A stretch of DNA of 64,000 bases, from positions 1 through 64,000 of the forward strand of contig JBJFGS010000010.1 in assembly GCA_051892935.1 (NCBI GenBank), written 5' to 3'. This document shows, piece after piece, positions 61,203 through 64,000 of this stretch. The translations under genes were made by a program, and so were the position numbers. The notes below the pieces were generated by a model. It saw only the letters and a list, made by a program, of their open reading frames with translations. It was not told the origin of the DNA and made no database searches. Within the stretch, counting starts at the first letter, position 1; every line of letters begins with the position of its first letter. The DNA is from Candidatus Coprovivens sp. (GTDB lineage: Bacteria; Bacillota_I; Bacilli_A; RF39; UBA660).

Positions 61203-62283
61203 ATATGTTATATTTTTGAATTATTTGATAATTTTCTTTTAACCTCTTGTTATTTTTATTAATATTTAAGGCTTTTTTTATGTATCGATGTGCTTCTTTA
61301 TATTTTCTATTGTTAAAGCAACTTATTGACAATAAATCGTATATTGTTTCGTTCCATGCTTTTTCTTCATTTATATATGAATAGCTTTTATCTTTTATTT
61401 TAAGGGCTTTTTTTAAATAGTATTCAGTATTATAATAGTCTTTTATTAAATAGTATAGATTTCCTAAATCAAAATATGGTTCTCTTAAGTAAGGTGCTTC
61501 TTCAATGGCTTTTTTATACCACATTATTGCTTCTTCTATGTATCCTTTATTTAAGTAAGAAAATGCTATATATCTCATAGAAGCACAACGCTCATCTTTC
61601 CATGTAGCTGTTGGTAGATTAAGATGTTTATGTAAAGTTTCAATACATTTATCCCACTCTTTATAATACATGTATTCTCTACCTAAATAATGAACATTTC
61701 GATCATCATTTGGTTGTTCTTTTACAGATAATTCTAATAATGGAAGATATGTATTTCGAGCTTTAGTATAATCTTGATAATGATTTAAAGTTATTCCTGG
61801 TATTATTATTTCTTTTTCTTCTTTATTACATGATAAGACTTCATGAACAGGATGAACCCATTTGTAATTGTTACGACTATGAATCTTATTTATGTAAAAT
61901 GTTGTACCAGGATTACCTAACGAATCGAAACTCCAATTATATAAATATTTGGCTCTGGTTGTATCTTCTTGCCAATACTCTTCTATTTTAGCTCGCCATC
62001 CTTTTTCAAATCTTTCATCTAAATCAGTACATACACAAATATCTGTATCTTTAGATACATATGATAATGAAAGATTTCTAGCGATATCAAATCGCCAAGG
62101 TACTATTTTTTCTTGATATAGTTTTATTTTAGGAAATCTCTTTAAAAGACTGATAGATTCATCTGTTGAACCAGTATCTAAGACTATTATTTCGTCTGCT
62201 TCTTTCATTGAGTTATACCATTCTTTGATATTTTTTTCTTCATTTTTACATAAAGCATATACTGTTATTTTATGTTTGGACAT
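61201..62283 (-). CDS. Family 2 glycosyltransferase with TPR repeats
   Basis: VYALCKNEE, VLDTGSTD, WRFDIARN, TDLDE, HPVHE; C-terminal TPR-like helices. Confidence 0.92.
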   Translation of the reverse strand: MSKHKITVYALCKNEEKNIKEWYNSMKEADEIIVLDTGSTDESISLLKRFPKIKLYQEKIVPWRFDIARNLSLSYVSKDTDICVCTDLDERFEKGWRAKIEEYWQEDTTRAKYLYNWSFDSLGNPGTTFYINKIHSRNNYKWVHPVHEVLSCNKEEKEIIIPGITLNHYQDYTKARNTYLPLLELSVKEQPNDDRNVHYLGREYMYYKEWDKCIETLHKHLNLPTATWKDERCASMRYIAFSYLNKGYIEEAIMWYKKAIEEAPYLREPYFDLGNLYYLIKDYYNTEYYLKKALKIKDKSYSYINEEKAWNETIYDLLSISCFNNRKYKEAHRYIKKALNINKNNKRLKENYQIIQKYNI

Positions 62284-62379
62284 ATTATCACCTATAATAG
62301 TTTATGTTAATAATGAAAGATATTGATAAAAAAATAATAAATATATGATATAATTATTAATAATAGAGGGTCGTATATT

Positions 62380-64000
62380 ATGAACGAGAAAAATGATATA
62401 AATAATATAAAAGATCAAAAAGCAGATAAAAATTCACATAAAACAATAAAAAAAGAAAACTTTTTTAAGAATATTGTTGAATTTTTGTTATGGTTGAAAA
62501 AGCAGTTTTCTCAAATAAATATTAAAAGTTTTTTTCCTCATTTTAATAAAAAAATATCATTAAAAAATAAAAAGCAAAGAACTACTATTATTTTTTCTTT
62601 GGCAGTTGCTTTCTTTATAATTAGTTTTTTTATAATTGTAATGAATCTAGATTTTATATTTAATAAGTATCAAGGAAGAATAGTTGCTGATAGTGAAACA
62701 GGTATAAAGTATATAAGCATTAAAGATGGATATATAACAGAAAAATTAATAGTTGAAGCCGGAGAAATTCTTCCTTCTGTTAATGATTATTTTAGTCCTA
62801 ATTACGAAATAGATAACGATTATAAGATTTCTTATTATATGGGGAATACTGCTATACCAATAGATACTTTCGCTGTTAAGTCAGAGGAAGGACTATTGTA
62901 TATAATTGGTTCTAATAATACATTAACTGTTAAAATAACTAATTATGGAGAAGAATATGAAAGTTCTTTATTAATAAGGGATAGTACTGCTCCTACTATT
63001 CAGTTGGAACCAGTAACTATTGTTGAAGGAGATAGTATTAATCCTATATCTTTTGTAGCTATATTTATGGATAATAGTCGTTCATTTGATTTTACTGCTG
63101 AAATTGTTAATCCTAGTGATTATAGTAAACCTGGTACTTATAATGTTGAAGTTAAAGTTTGTGATTATTCAAAGAATTGTACTAGTGATAAAACAGTTTT
63201 AACGGTTGAGAAAAAACCTTCTACTGGTAGTTCTTCTGGTGGTGGTAGTACTAATAAAAAACCTAGTAGTGGTACAACAAGTTCAAGCGGTGGTAATACT
63301 TCTGATAGTGGTGGATCTGGTGGATCTGGTGGATCCGGCGGTTCTGGTGGTTCTGGAAGTGGTTCTTCTGGTAGTGGTTCTTCAACTATAGGAGGTTCTA
63401 CTTTGGTTTCAGCTAGTGTTAGAGTTGCAAAAGGAACGTATACTAAAGATAATTATGATTTAACAATTAATTATTATGGAACAAAACATACTACACATTA
63501 TGATAAAGTTACTTTTACAATGTATAATGATGGATATGCTGATGTAATAAGTTATGAAGGAAAAGGAAGCCAGTCTTGGAATTATAGTGGTTTTTCTAAC
63601 GATTCGAAAAATTTGAGTTTAATGAAGCGTGATGCTATGGCTCTTTTCGTCTCATCTGAATCGTTTTATGAAACTACTCAAAATATTTTTCTTAATAATT
63701 CAAATGCAGAAAGAACAAAAGTTGGAGTTTCAAAGTTATCTATAGATTATGATTTAAATATAATAGCACAAATAAGATGTTATGAGATTGTATATGGTAA
63801 CGCTTTAGGACATACAAGACCCGGAAATAAAACAGTTAAAAGTTTAATAAAGACCGAATATGGATATAATGCTGCTAAAGCATCTGATGGCTTACGTCAT
63901 TATGGTGAAAATATTGCATATGGTCAATCTTCAAGTGATGATGCCATTGCTGCATTAATTGCTTCTCCTGGCCACTATGCTAATATTGTTGATTCATCAT
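62380..64000 (+). CDS. Membrane-anchored CAP (SCP/YkwD-like) domain protein, 3' end off the window
   Basis: Read manually from ATG 62380: TM (IIFSLAVAFFIISFFIIV), DSTAPTI Ig-like segment, G/S linker, then NAERTKVG..GHTRPG..GENIAYGQ..SPGHYANIV. Confidence 0.85.
   Translation, partial: MNEKNDINNIKDQKADKNSHKTIKKENFFKNIVEFLLWLKKQFSQINIKSFFPHFNKKISLKNKKQRTTIIFSLAVAFFIISFFIIVMNLDFIFNKYQGRIVADSETGIKYISIKDGYITEKLIVEAGEILPSVNDYFSPNYEIDNDYKISYYMGNTAIPIDTFAVKSEEGLLYIIGSNNTLTVKITNYGEEYESSLLIRDSTAPTIQLEPVTIVEGDSINPISFVAIFMDNSRSFDFTAEIVNPSDYSKPGTYNVEVKVCDYSKNCTSDKTVLTVEKKPSTGSSSGGGSTNKKPSSGTTSSSGGNTSDSGGSGGSGGSGGSGGSGSGSSGSGSSTIGGSTLVSASVRVAKGTYTKDNYDLTINYYGTKHTTHYDKVTFTMYNDGYADVISYEGKGSQSWNYSGFSNDSKNLSLMKRDAMALFVSSESFYETTQNIFLNNSNAERTKVGVSKLSIDYDLNIIAQIRCYEIVYGNALGHTRPGNKTVKSLIKTEYGYNAAKASDGLRHYGENIAYGQSSSDDAIAALIASPGHYANIVDSS
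63220..63400 (+). repeat. Gly/Ser low-complexity linker (GGT/TCT-rich)
   Basis: Encodes SGGSGGSGGSGGSGGSGSGSSGSGSS. Confidence 0.85.

Noticed and set aside
63206-63391. 61-aa Val/Leu-rich ORF resembling a membrane peptide
   Set aside because: Alternative frame of the Gly/Ser linker within the CAP-domain gene

Overview
Very AT-rich chromosomal window, standard genetic code, from a low-GC Firmicute (Bacilli). The gene repertoire resembles reduced-genome gut Bacilli of the RF39 type; this placement is an inference. Core loci: tRNA-Leu(CAA), scpAB, proS with a T-box leader, pnp, rpsO, truB, rimP(short)-nusA-ylxR-infB-rbfA and trmL. Sporulation genes are scattered: a sigF-like sigma directly followed by spoVAC-AD-AE with no spoIIAA/spoIIAB beside it, a dacF-like PBP, a CotJA-CotJB fusion with cotJC, and a GT2-TPR glycosyltransferase. 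Accessory content includes membrane-anchored and surface proteins, such as a 2008-aa MucBP-repeat protein, plus several decaying genes downstream of the tRNA. Best candidates for undescribed systems: (1) a two-gene operon at 51554-54395 encoding a 339-aa protein with an embedded RelE/ParE (Gp49-like) domain and a 588-aa helical partner, with no small antitoxin gene; (2) a locus at 54442-61172 where a class B sortase with a ~270-aa N-terminal cytoplasmic domain faces a Cys-rich protein with a non-canonical sorting signal and precedes a 1392-aa unknown protein. No CRISPR array, rRNA, integrase or transposase was recognised. All family assignments come from motifs recognised by eye, not from database searches.
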